64,000 bases of DNA from Octopus sinensis. Lineage: Eukaryota. Shown piece by piece: positions 21,191 through 34,000 of this stretch; the first letter of the stretch is position 1, and each line of letters starts with the position of its first letter. The stretch covers positions 74,710,001 through 74,774,000 of the forward strand of contig NC_043004.1 of assembly GCF_006345805.1 (NCBI RefSeq), read 5' to 3'. Both the position numbers and the translations under genes were made by a program. The notes under the pieces are model-generated. The model did not search any database. It had not been told where the DNA came from and saw only the letters and a program-made list of their open reading frames with translations.

Positions 21191-22908
21191 ATACTAAATA
21201 AAAAATATACATAGTAGATATCATACCCTCATACCTACAGTTTACACAGGTAGAGTAGAATAGTTAGTGGTCTTTTATGGAGATAGATGTATGTATGTGT
21301 GTATGGAGGGATGTATGTATATATGCATATGCACATGTATGTAAGCATATGGATACGAAAATAAAGAGATCAACATACAGACAGATAGGTACATAGTTTA
21401 TATGGACAGACAAGAACACATGCACAAATAAAGACTGAAATATATTACCATATATACACACACACTTTACTCAACACAAGGACACATATGGAGACACACG
21501 TCCACACATATGGAGATGCACATGTATACATACAAACGCGGTACACAGTTGTAAAACACACACACACTCAGACATGCACACACAAGGAGACAGAGGTACA
21601 CACACATATACAAGCACACGCACACACACACACACACACGCACACACACATACACACACACGCACACAGACACGCACATACACATATAAGAAACCACACA
21701 AACATGGACACGCAAACACATGAATAAGCAGAATACATACATACAAATATACATTCATACATACATATATACATATGCACACACACATACATGCATACAC
21801 ACATACACACATGCATACATGCATGCATGTATAGGCACACACACGCACACACACTGACCCACACACATGCGAACAAACAAAAAGGATCAGTGTGAATAGC
21901 GGACGGAGTCAAATCTATTGGAAAGGTTGCAAGACGCAACGAAAATTTTAGAAATATAAAACAATGAAATAAGTGGAAATTTTACCGGTGAGTGTGTTAA
22001 ATTATAAAGCACCAAAGGAGAATGACTCTTCCCAGACACAACAGAATATGCTTCAACACACGAACTCACATAGAGAATCTTGCAAAGCAAGTCCCAAAAC
22101 GAAATATATATATATATACTTTATTTTAAGCAGCAGAAAATTCAACAAAATCTGTTACTCTGAGTTTCTCGTTGCCGTTCATCAGATAGTTTTTGCTAGA
22201 ATGGAACTTATATATTAATTCAATCTATACTCTTACAAATGCTACACCTTTAAAAAGAAATGGACTTGTTTGATTGGCCCTTTAGAAAAAACGGTCAATC
22301 TTCGAGCGATAAACAAAAAGGTAAAAAATATATGTATATATATATAAAAAAACTTATAAAAATTATAAAAATTATAAAATCCGAGGAAAAAACCGAGGAA
22401 AAAACCTATTGCCGTTAATGAAGACAGTACAAATTAATGCATAGAAATTAAACCTGTTATAAATACTGCAATACATATTTATATTAAAATCCACATATAT
22501 ATATCAACATACACAAAAGGATGCGCGTAAACGCCATACATACGTATACAGACGTATGAATATGAATCTAAATTATACACATAAAAGCATGTGTACATAT
22601 ATTCACGCAAACCGTCTCGAACGCAAGCTAAAATTCATCTATGTAGCAATTCTCATATACTGAGCAAGGAGGGGGAACGAAAGAAAGGGAAAGAGAGAAA
22701 AAGGAACGAAGGAGGGGTGGGGAAAAAACTTGTAGCGATGTTATTGGCATCTATAGAGGCCAGTATACATACACAAGTTTGAATTGATACATATACATAC
22801 CGTCGTGTGTATGCGTGCTTAAGCACAAGCATACTTTCACTTACACATACACAGATACGCATGCTTACAAATACATATGCTTTGCTATACATACATATAT
22901 ATATATAC

Positions 22909-22978
<70 letters not shown>

Positions 22979-23045
22979 TATATAGAAGGAGCTTCTATAT
23001 TGAGTACCTTACTTACTGTGGTTAACCCCGGATCAACCCGGGACC

Positions 23046-23112
<67 letters not shown>

Positions 23113-23140
23113 AGAAGGTTGAAAATGAACACACGAGTTG

Positions 23141-23171
<31 letters not shown>

Positions 23172-23401
23172 AGTTTGTGGATGTTGAGTTGTTGGACACG
23201 TTGAAAGCATAGTGAAATTAGTGAAATTTTTTCTATGTTTCTTACATGTTAGTGCTCTCATTTGAAACGATCGTATGCATAGATTAAAATTTTTTTAAAC
23301 TTTTAACATCTTTTCTCTATCTTAATTGTTAGTTGAGTTTATACAATATTATATCCTACAAACGTTCATAAAAACCTTATAAACACCTTCCACGCTGCAA
23401 T

Positions 23402-23457
<56 letters not shown>

Positions 23458-23695
23458 CCATTTAAGAAGCACATAAAAACCGTTAGATACACTGACAGTG
23501 AACAGGTGGTGGTCTCAAAGCGGCGAAAATATTTTTGGCAAATTAAATTTAAATGTTGAAGTAAATCTATCGGTTTTTTGTGTACTTTTAAAGGGCTTAT
23601 AAACACCTTCCACGTTGCAAAATTGTTTTCGTTCCAGCACACAATCTCAGATCAGGTCACATGCTATGCAAGTACATCTCTGTTATATATATATA

Positions 23696-24051
23696 CTAGC
23701 AGTATCGCCCGGCGTTGCTCGGGTTTGTAAGGGAAATAACTATAAAGCATTTTTAGAGAGTTATAGCCAAAAAATGGAAAAAAAATGATGGTAAATATTT
23801 TTTTTAGTTAAAAAGGTCGAGTTGCATCCCCTAGACAGTATGTGGTTTGTGTTTCTAATTCTTGACCCCATGTCGAATTTATCGATTTTTTTCAGAACTG
23901 GGGGAACTTTTCAAAATGTTCGCTGCGTTAGTTTTGAATTATGACATTGGGCTATGTGTGTGTCAAGTTTCATCAGAATCGGTTGAAAGCCGTGGTCAGG
24001 GTGAGGGTACAAGCAAACAGACACACAGAACACACACACAGACAAACTGCC

Positions 24052-24060
<9 letters not shown>
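23696..24060 (-). mobile_element. Non-autonomous Helitron, second copy (shorter)
   Basis: Same hairpin+CTAG end. 23807-24060 closely matches 20550-20805. Confidence 0.75.
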
Positions 24061-24118
<58 letters not shown>

Positions 24119-24460
24119 ATTTTGTTTCTTTTACTGTTTGTTTTGGGTTACATTACTTCCATTACGTCATCCATCATATTTTATATATATTTATTTCTCT
24201 GCATTGAACTCCTTCAAATGTACGAAACACATTAAGCACACAATATACGTTGCTGCTCCGGATTGTTAATTTATTTAATGAAAGGCGACACTTCACCCGG
24301 CTGATACTCCGAACATCACAGTTGGAAAATGCACAGATCTATGCGTTGCAAATTTTCCTGCGTGTCTCTTAATTTGACATCTTCAGATCAGCGAAGATCT
24401 GCTGCTGCTGCTGCTAATACTACTACTACTACTACTGCTACTGCTACTACAACTACTAGC

Positions 24461-24997
24461 GAAAGTGCTACATTGGAAACTGTGCGAAAAGCGGGGGCTA
24501 GAAATAGACAAGATGTGGTATGAGCACAAACCGCAGAGAGTGGCGGAGTCAGAGACTACAAATTCTCTGGGTGTTTCCCAATCCAAACAGATGATGTGCT
24601 ACAGCCTAACAGAACGGACCAAGTGGTGGTGGACAAGGGGCAACACATATGCTATATAGTTGGTGTTGCGTGCTCCTTTGACCCACTAATAGTTAAGAAG
24701 ATTAAGTACGAAATAGCCTGGCTATGGAAAATGAAGAAGGTGAAGATAGTGCCAATTATTGTTGGGTCCTTGGGAACTGTATCAGAAAGCATCAAGGAAA
24801 ATATGGAAATTGGAATAGAGTGCCTAGTAGAACTGTTACAAAAGGTTTGCCTCTTTGGCAAGGCCAGAATAAACAGGACAGGAATGGATGTCATAGTCCA
24901 GTAGGTTGCAGGCAGTAAGTCCGCAATGCATGCGAGACTCCAGGAGCACCAACAAAATCTGTGATAAAATGTAATGATAATAATGATAATAATGATC
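24461..24997 (+). mobile_element. R4/Dong-like non-LTR retrotransposon 3' fragment (restriction-like endonuclease)
   Basis: WYEHKP.RV.E, NRTD.VVVDK...CYIV.VAC.FD, LWKMKKVKIVPIIVGSLGTV; TAATGA/TAA-repeat tail at 24972-24997. Confidence 0.75.
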
Positions 24998-25004
24998 ATT
25001 TCTA

Positions 25005-25378
25005 CTGGAGGTACAATGCCTTAAATTTGGTGGGGGAGGGGAATAGTCGATTACATCGGTACTTAATTCATCGCCCCCGAAATGATGAAAGGCAAAGTCG
25101 ACCTCGGCGGAATTTGAACTCACAACATAAAGACAGGCAAAATACCTATTTCTTTATTACCCTCAAGGGGCTAAACATAGAAAGGACAAACAAGGATAGA
25201 CAAAGGTATTAAATCGATTACATCGACCCCAGTGCGTAACTGGTACTTATTTAATCGACCTCGAAAGGATGAATGGCAAAGTTGGTCTATGCAGAATTTG
25301 AGCTCAGAACGTACTGACGGACGAAATACCACTAAGCATTTTCTCCGGCATGCTAACGCCTCTGCCAGCTCGCAACTT
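25005..25378 (-). mobile_element. SINE family A dimer with two different 3' tails
   Basis: Head unit 25378-25147 with the TAATAAAGAAATAG tail joins GTATTT and a second body ending in the alternative ...AGTAGAAA tail. Confidence 0.75.
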
Positions 25379-25499
25379 GAAGAAGAAGAAGAAGAAGAAG
25401 AAGAAGAAGAAGATTCTCTAGTGACGTCACTTCATCCATACCCCCGTCGGCATTTCGACGAGGAACAGGAATAGTTTTTCTTTATCGAATGAATAAATA

Positions 25500-28310
25500 G
25501 AGAAATAAACAGATTGCGATTCAGAACTACCAACGATGTCCATGGAATCCAGACAAACTGGAAACATTAAATTCCGTTTAAGCAATTCCTTTTAACTTGA
25601 TTTGTTGCTCAGAGACTTTCCCGTTATTATATTATGCAATGTTAAACCTCCATTGATTTGGCAATATTTTTAGAAATATTATAGTTTGATATTAATGAAA
25701 AAATGCAATATTTTTTTATATTACGTAACTGAAGAAACGCTGTGTCTCCTTCAGATTCAATATTTATCAAACTGTCCGAAAGCATATTGGACCAGCTATT
25801 CGTGACTACCAGGATTGCTTTCGTTGAGAATGACGAGTTGAAACGCGTTCGATTTCCTGGCGAGAATCAACGATACCGATTCCATTGGAAATATCCGTCG
25901 GTAACAAGTAATACGGCATTTTTTAAATCTAGATTCTCCCATGCTGTACTGGGGAGGCTTCGAGAGATGCAAGACTTCTGAATTAGTGCTAAAGTAGACG
26001 AAATTCAGGTGGTGGGAGGGCGGTTCCAGACATGCGAGATCTGAGATGATACACACTGAAAACCGTCTACGGTCTACAGTTCTTGGGATCATCCCACTCT
26101 TTTTGTTTTTCCGGTTATGAAAACCAAACATTGCTCAAAGACAAGCAGCTGTTACTAGAGAGATAGAAACCTTGATAATGTACTCAACCGACCATCTTTA
26201 ATCAATGAGGCTAATGTAACTCGCTTTTCACGGGAGAAGTAAACCACAAGCCTGACTTCCCACCTACACTCCCTGAAGCCATGAAGATTATCTCGTTGAT
26301 ATCCAGCGCCAAAATCCCTAATGCTGACGTCATTCCTGATGGTGTATACAAAATAGTTGTGACGTTCGCCCATGCACCGCTGACTGACATCTTCCCCAAT
26401 GGAGCAAAGAGAAATTCTCCAGAACTTCAAACATTCCGACATTGCGCAAGAAAAGGGAAACACCAGCTATGCGACAACTCTCCTGTTCATCGCAGAGTAA
26501 AATCCCGGCCCGTTTCCTGCTCAAGTGTCAACTGAAACACGTACAACAAGATCTCTTTCCACAGAGTCAATGTGTCTTCCGTGCCGATCGTGGGACTGTA
26601 AACAAGATTCTTCGTAGTATATCAACGCCAACAAAAATTCTGACAACAACTCTGCGATCTCTACACGACATTTGTCGACTTGACAAAAGACTCTTGGCAA
26701 ATTCAGCGAGGACGTCTCGTGGAAGATCACAGAGAAGTTTCGCTTCCCCAGCAGATTTGTTACAATAGGCTGACATTTCCATAAGCATGATGGTCAGCAT
26801 ATTTGATGCCGAACAAATATGTGACACCTTCCCAGTAAAATAAAAGGTCCCCATCAAGATAGAATGCCATCGGGGTGCCGTGTGACACCCCGTTCATCTG
26901 CTTCAGGTACCATATTGATGGCAAGTTATGCAAGTTGTCCGACGCCCACTGTCTTCAGTGAGTCTGTTCTCGGGGTCTTCCTCTTCGCCGACAACCATTC
27001 TCTCAAAGCGGATAACGATTAGAAGATAGAGAAGGTGGTGGACCTGTTGTGAACAACCTGCGACAACTTTGACCTCATAATAAACATAAAGATGAAGGTC
27101 ATTCGCCTGGAAACCTATAGCATGGTTGTCAGATTTTGTAAAGGGACAAAAGAAAAAAATACATATTGTTGACAGATTCACGTGTCTCGGTTGCACACTG
27201 TTAAGAGCATTAAATATCGATTGAGAAGAGGTCGGCTGTTAGACCACAAAGTGGAGATATATCGTAGGGGTTTCGGCTGTGCGAGATGCGTGGGGTGTGC
27301 GGATCCCATCGGGGTGGCAACTTGATATGCGTGTGTTTGCTCTAGTCAATGTTATGTTCCATACAAGGAAAGAGAGGACTAAAACACGAATCGATCAAGT
27401 TTACGTATAAATATTCTTTTTATATGTTTGTTTCCTTCTACACAATATTAAAACAACGGCTAAAAATTTTCTGAAGCAGCACCCCAACTAGTTTTATCTA
27501 CGAGTCGCCACTGATTCTGAATAATCAGTAGATATGCAAAGCAACTCAATTATTTCCACACACGGTATTTTGGCGGCGTGTAGGTGCAATGGCCCAATGG
27601 TTAGGGCAGCGAACTCGCGGTCGTAAGATCGCAGTTTCGATTCCCAGACTGGGCGTTGTGAATGGTTTTTTAGTTTTTTGAGCAAAAGCACCTAAAGCTC
27701 TTCAAGGCTCCGAATGGGGGATGGTGGCGATCTCTGCTGTACTTTTTCACCACAACTTCCTCTCACTCTTTCTTCCTGTTTCTGTTGTACTTGTATTTCA
27801 AAGAGGCCAGCCTTGTCACACTCTGTGTCACGCTGAATATCCCCCAAGAACTATGTTATGGTAACACGTGTCTGTGGAGTGCTCAGCCACTTGCGCGTTA
27901 ATTTCGCGAGCAGGCTGTTCCGTTGATCGGATCAACTGGAATGCTCGTCGTCGTAACCAACGGAGTGCCACGTACCTTGGCAGCATCCTGCACTTCCGCC
28001 GGCAGGACAAGATCCCTAACATCTTCATGCTTCAGGAAACCAACATTCTAATCGTGTACTTTTGTTTGCTGATAGTCTGCATGCCAGACCACTGTATTCC
28101 AAAGCAACTTCTCCGTAACGAATTCTGTCTCGGGAACCACGATATTAACAAAGATTCGAGGGCGGCCTAAAATATCCCTTAAAAACTGCCAAAGTGTGAT
28201 TGACGTCTGGGAGATGCATGCCTCAAACCAACTTCACTGGCGGGACCTGATTCACATTGGTACCGAAGACACTGACATGAAAAGAACTACTACTGTTGCT
28301 GCTAAGAAAA
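25500..28310 (+). mobile_element. Highly degenerate RTE/BovB-like LINE interrupted by insertions
   Basis: SSAKIPNADVIP, KG...CDN, PQSQCVFRADRGT, YHIDGKL...LFADN, VDRFTCLG (to about 27240). Resumes near 27970 with QDKIPN...MPDHCIPKQLL...WE..ASN..WRDLI. Confidence 0.75.
27582..27968 (+). mobile_element. tRNA-derived SINE (family D)
   Basis: A-box-like TGGCCCAATGG and B-box-like GTTTCGATTCC, followed by a non-tRNA body. Confidence 0.7.
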
Positions 28311-28323
28311 AACCATACATTCC

Positions 28324-28354
<31 letters not shown>

Positions 28355-28529
28355 GGTGGTGGTGTTTTCGGTCGACTGCATTAAATTCAGTTTGAATAAC
28401 AAACGAAACAGGAAAATGTTTGTATTGGGACTGAAAATATTGTTGCTAAGAGACAATGACGTCATCGCTGATAACGAAAAGTCGAAGTAACTTTGACCTG
28501 CTCAGATTTCTCCGTTAGTGAGGTTATTC

Positions 28530-29680
28530 ATACAAGAGGCAGTCAAAAATTATCTGCACTTTCACCAAAGATTCACTAGATTGGTCGCACTGCTTCCAGC
28601 ACTCGCGTGCTTACTGGTGGCACTCCTGTGGTTACGATTGCTCCAGTTTTCCTTTTTGTGTTACAAAGAAAACACGGTCACACCGTGGGCATAAAAGGAC
28701 CGAGATCAGTGATACAATTTCTCTGCTCTGAAGGTATGTCAAGGGCTGAAATTCATCGCAGGCCTTCGGTGCAATTTGGGGACAGCACTCTACCGCCTAG
28801 GAGTGTGTATGGGTGAACCAAAGAGTTTCGAAATGGCCGGACAAGCATAAAGCACAAAGAAGGAGAAGGATGACCAACTTCCACCATTGACGTGAAGATT
28901 CGACGAGCTCGCGAGATGGTTCTGGCAAACTGACGAGTGACCATCAATGAGATGGCATGTTCTCTGCAAATTAGTCATGGTTCTACAAAGGAAATCAGCC
29001 GCCACAAACTTCGCTTCTGTAAAGCGATGGGTGCGAAGAGCGCTCACCGAAGCGCATGAGCGCAATCGTGTGGAAATCTGTCAATGCTTACTCAACCGCA
29101 ACAAGGGTGAAGGCAAAACTTAGTTTTTGGAGAGAACAGTCACAGGTGATGAAGCATGGGTTTATCACTTTGAGCCAGAATCCAAAATGTAGAATATGGA
29201 ATGGAAACACGGAGTCGCCAGCGAAAAAGAAATTCAAGACTTGACCTTCTGCAGGAAAAGCAATGGCAAACGTGTTTTTTTGTGGGGAAGGGAGGCAAAC
29301 GGGCCTCTACAGGAACATTACCTGGAAAAGGGGTTTACAGTCACCAGTGTAGGTTACAGTGAAATATTGGCCAACAAACTGAAACCAGCAATTTGCACCA
29401 AATGCTGGGCCCTATTGTCAACAATGCACGTGCACTTATGGCCGTCCACACTGTTGAAACAATTAAGAAGTTGGGTTTTGAGTTGCTGAGTCCAGATCTC
29501 CCCACTTTCGACTATCACCTCTTTGGACCTTTACAAGGTCGTCGGTTTGCTACGGACAAAGACGTGCACGAAGTGCTGCATAAATTGCTGCATGTGATGG
29601 AATAAGCAAGGCTGAAGACCTCTGGAAGAACTGCTTCGAAAAGCAAGGTAACTGCAACGAGACTGCATTACATGTCCTGG
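28530..29680 (+). mobile_element. Degenerate mariner transposon
   Basis: RSVIQFLCSEGMSRAEIHRR, TGDEAWVYHFEPES, SPDLPTFDYHLFGPL; multiple frameshifts. Confidence 0.88.
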
Positions 29681-30613
29681 GTGACTACTGAGTTACAGAT
29701 ACCTTCAGCAAGCCCTGCTAACATCTGTATTACGAATCATTAAATATGCTACATAACAAATGGATCCGCAAACAAATTATACTCCAAAATAATGTCAGAT
29801 AGAACTTATTCAAATTTTTACCAGACTAATAACTGTTTTCTTGATATTATCCATGCATTTATCAACGATGATTTATTCCAGGTGACATCACAATAAACTA
29901 CACTCTAGTCTGCAATTGTTGCAGAATGGTTTACTGCATACACACACACACATTCGCTTCTGAACTCCAATTGCCTTCAACCAAATTCACTCTGTTGGAA
30001 ACTCTTGGGACCACAAACCTGGTTTGAGAACAACAAAGATTTTTCTTGACCTGTTTCTCAACCAGGAGGGATGGAAAGGTAAAGCTGACCTGGACGAGAT
30101 TTGAACTCAGAATGTAGAGAGATGGAAACAATGTTGCTAAGCATTTTGACGAAAATGCCAACGATTCTGTCAGCTTTAATCCTTACTTACTTGCTTGTAC
30201 TTGTGATGGTGTTTGCCTGGGGCAGGCTGAGGTTGCTCTGACCAACAAGTTCATACCTCCCTCATGAAGGATGACCACATCCAACAGTCAGCTGCAGTTG
30301 AGGTTCTAATGGATACCCACTTCTAGTTCCAGTGCCAGAAATCATAGAGACAAAGCCCATAAAATTTAGTGTTGAAGTTATGATCTAAGGTGTAAGAGAT
30401 CAAAGGAATATCTATCTTAAAAATTAATACTGGGGTCAATGTGTTCAGCTAAACTCCTCAAGGTGGTGCCCCAGCATGACCACAGTCCAATGACTGAAAC
30501 AAGTGTAACATAATAGATATCTTGATTTTAATTTCCTATTATCGCTTTACTGTGGAGGAAGGGGTTATGCCTTGTGACCTTTGCAAACCCTTTTAGACAG
30601 AGGAACAAAATAT

Positions 30614-30831
30614 TCTTTTCTACTTTAGGCACAAGGCCTGAAATTTTCAGGGGAGGGGGCCATTCGATTAGATCGACCCCAGTACACAACTGGTACTTAA
30701 TTCATCAACCCTAAAAGGATGAAAGGCAAAGTTGACCTCAGCGGAATTTGATCTCAGAATGTAAAGACAGACAAAGTAACGCTAAGCATTTCGCCCAGCA
30801 TGCTAACGATTCTACCAACTCGCAACCTTAG
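30614..30831 (-). mobile_element. SINE family A (alternative tail)
   Basis: 15-bp TSD AGAGGAACAA(A/C)ATAT at 30599-30613 and 30832-30846. Confidence 0.85.
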
Positions 30832-30904
30832 AGAGGAACAACATATCAACAATCCTATTAAACAGTTGAAATATGCAGACGAACATACGTTTTTGTTAAA
30901 CTTG

Positions 30905-30950
30905 TTTATTTCTATTATATGTTAATTTTTTTTATATAAAACCTTTTATT
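30905..30950 (-). terminator. Candidate poly(A) signals of MRPS9
   Basis: Minus-strand AATAAA at 30945-30950 and 30905-30910, downstream of the stop codon. Confidence 0.5.
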
Positions 30951-31026
30951 TTACAGCTACATTCACTCTGAAACCAATAAAACATGGATGTGTTACAATA
31001 TTGATCTGAAGACTTTCATTTCATCT

Positions 31027-31039
31027 TCAACGCTTTTTC
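31027..31039 (-). CDS. MRPS9: MRPS9 exon 14
   Basis: TTTTTTAG|G AAA AAG CGT TGA = (W)KKR*. Confidence 0.9.
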
Positions 31040-34000
31040 CTAAAAAACAAAGAAAAAAGATACAGTAAACAATAAGAATAAAACTCTACACATTCAAAGA
31101 ACAATGAAGTCAATATATTCTTTTCTACTCTAGGCACAAAGACTGAAATTTTGGGGGCAGAGAGGGACCATTCGATTAGATTGACCCCAGTATGCAACTG
31201 GTTCTTAATTTATTGACTCCAAAAGGATGAAAGTGAAAGTCAACCTCAGCAGAATTTGAACTCAGAACGTAAAGACAGACAAAATATCACTAAGCATTTT
31301 GCCAGACATGCTAACAATTCGGCCAACTTGCCACCTTAATGAAGTCAATATATTGCGGCTATGAAGGTGGTGAGCTAACAGAATTGTTACAGCACCAGGA
31401 AAAATGTTTGGCAGCATTTCTGCCTACTTTATGTTGTGAATTCAAATGGTGCTGGGGCCAACTGTGCCTTCCATCTTTTCAGGGTCAATAAAATAAGGAC
31501 CAGTTGAGCACTGCGGTCAATGTAATTGTCTTAACCCCTCCCTCGAATTTACTGACCTTGTACTAAAATCTGAACCCAGGATATCACATCATCATCACCG
31601 TTTAACATCCACTTTCCATGCTGGCATGGGTTGGATGGTTTGACTGAGGATTGGCAAGCCAGGAGGTTGTACCAGGCTCCAATCAGATCTGGCAAAGTTT
31701 CTACAGCTGGATACCCTTCCTAATGCCAACCATTCCAAGAGTGTAGTGAGTGCTTTTTAGTTCCACTGGCACACGAGCCAATCAGGTGGCATTGGCATCA
31801 GCCATGCTCAAATGTTGCTTTTTACGTGCCACCGTAAAAACTCTATCAGTATCAATTGAAGTTTCTGTTTTCTTTTTAATTTCTTTCTCCTGAGCCTATC
31901 CAGACCTCATGATGTATAAGTGACCAAGATCACAACATTGACCACTGAATGGGACACCTGTCTGTTGCAGTGTTCAAGGCCAGCAATTCTGAAGGGAGGG
32001 GACAATTACATCATCCCTGTTCTTGACAGGTCCTTTCTCTTTATCACCCCAGAAAGAGATGAAAGACAAAGCTGACCTCAACAGGATTTGAACTCAGAAT
32101 GTAGAGAGCCAAAAGACATGCCATTAAGTACTTTGCCCAACATGCAAATGATTCTGCTACCTTAACTGACCCTTTTACTCATGTCTTACAACAAGCAGGA
32201 AGGAACATGGGGGACCTATCTAAAACCAACAGATACATTACTTACCAAGTACTCTTCTTCCTAGCTTTTGGTTGACCAGGCTTTTTACGTTCTTTGCGGC
32301 GCAAATCTCTCATCAAAAGTCCAGCTGCAATATAGAAACAGGAAATTACTTTTCTTCTTCTGGTTTTTTCTTTCAGCAACACGGCTAACTAAAGCATTCT
32401 TCAATAAGCTACACTTGTCTGTTTAACCCTTTCATTACTGTATTTATTTTGAAATGCTCTGGGTTTCTTTCAATTACTTTAAATATAACAAAGAATTTAG
32501 TAAAACAATTTCATTGTCATTAAGCTAGTGTTAGGAACATAAATTGTGACTAAGATTTTAATTGTGGAAGATTTTAATTCAAAACTTATGAAAATGAAAC
32601 ATTTGTACTCAGAGCCAGTTTCAGCTGGGTTGGTAGCGAAAGGGTTTAAAAAATGGTTTAAATTACGCTACAGTACACAGACTTATCCCTTATTCTAGTA
32701 GGCAGACATTCAACTAATGTCTTAATAATATTTAATTATAAAAATAGGATTTTTTTAAATATTGAATGACTATGAAGGTCCAGTAGGGTAAAAGAGGAAA
32801 CAGGGTTCCAGAGGAGAAAAATGGTTGAGGAACACAGGTTTGTATGGTTCGACAAGATCCAACTAACCCGAGGGCCATGTGGGTCTCCAATATCTCCCTC
32901 AGCAAGGTTTCTATGGTTGGTTGCTCTTCCTAACACGAACCACTTTACCAGAGTGTACTGGGTGCTTTTTTCATAGCACCAGCACTGGTAGGGTCGCTAA
33001 GTAACATGCAAGTAAACCCCCTTCACAGATTGGGAATGCAGTATTGAGGGTGGGTGGCATCGTACAAGTGTAGAGATGCTTAAGTAGGAAAGAGGAACAG
33101 GAATAGATGTCTTGTTGCAAAGGAGATACATGGGAGCAGACGAGTTTTATTAACTTTATCAGATACACTGAGATGAGAATACTTGAGAGGCAGACACTTT
33201 GATTTTCATTTTCCTGAAATGAAGAAACATAATTTGCTGTTAATGTGACATAATTTGCTGTTAATGACCTTAGTCTGTGGGTGTCTTTCAGGGACACAAG
33301 TTTTTACCATACCAAAATTCTTCATTTTCTGTAGACATGCAAAAGATGTTTGGAATAAAATTCACTTGCTAGAAATAGCCAAATTTTCCCACAAATCACA
33401 CAATACTACAACTTTAAAAGGCACATGGCACAGTGGCACAATGGTTAGAGCGTTGGGCTCACAATTATGGGGTAGTGAACATTTTTTACATTATTTACAT
33501 TTGACGGATATTTGTCCTCATCTTGTTTGTTGTTAACACAAAGTTTCAGCTGATATACCCTTAACCCTTCATCAGGTGTCTTGGGGAAATTTCAAACCTG
33601 GGTTCTCATTCCTAAGGTATTTTTCGATGTTGTTGCTATTATTATTATTATTATTATTCAGGTCACTGCCTGGAATTGAACTCAGAATCTTGGGGTTAGT
33701 AGCCCGTGTTCTTAACCACAACGCCATATGCCCGTGTGTTCAATTCCTGGCTTGTGCTGTTTGTTGTCTTCTTGAGCAAGTCAATTTATTTCATGTTGCT
33801 CCAGTTCATTCAGCTGTAGAAATGAGTTGCAACATCACTGGTGCCAAGCTGTATCGGCCTTTACCTTTCCCTTTGATGACATCGGTGGTATGGAGTCGAG
33901 AGGCTGGTATGCAGGGGTGATTGCTGGTTTTCCATAAACAACTTTGCCTGGATTTGTGCCTTGGAAGGTAACTTTCCAGGTGCAATCCCACAGTCATTCA

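Noticed and set aside
33535-33590. Minus-strand CTGATGA...GAAAC with ACAC/GTGT flanks
   Set aside because: Stem II and the cleavage triplet are not convincingly formed in this copy.
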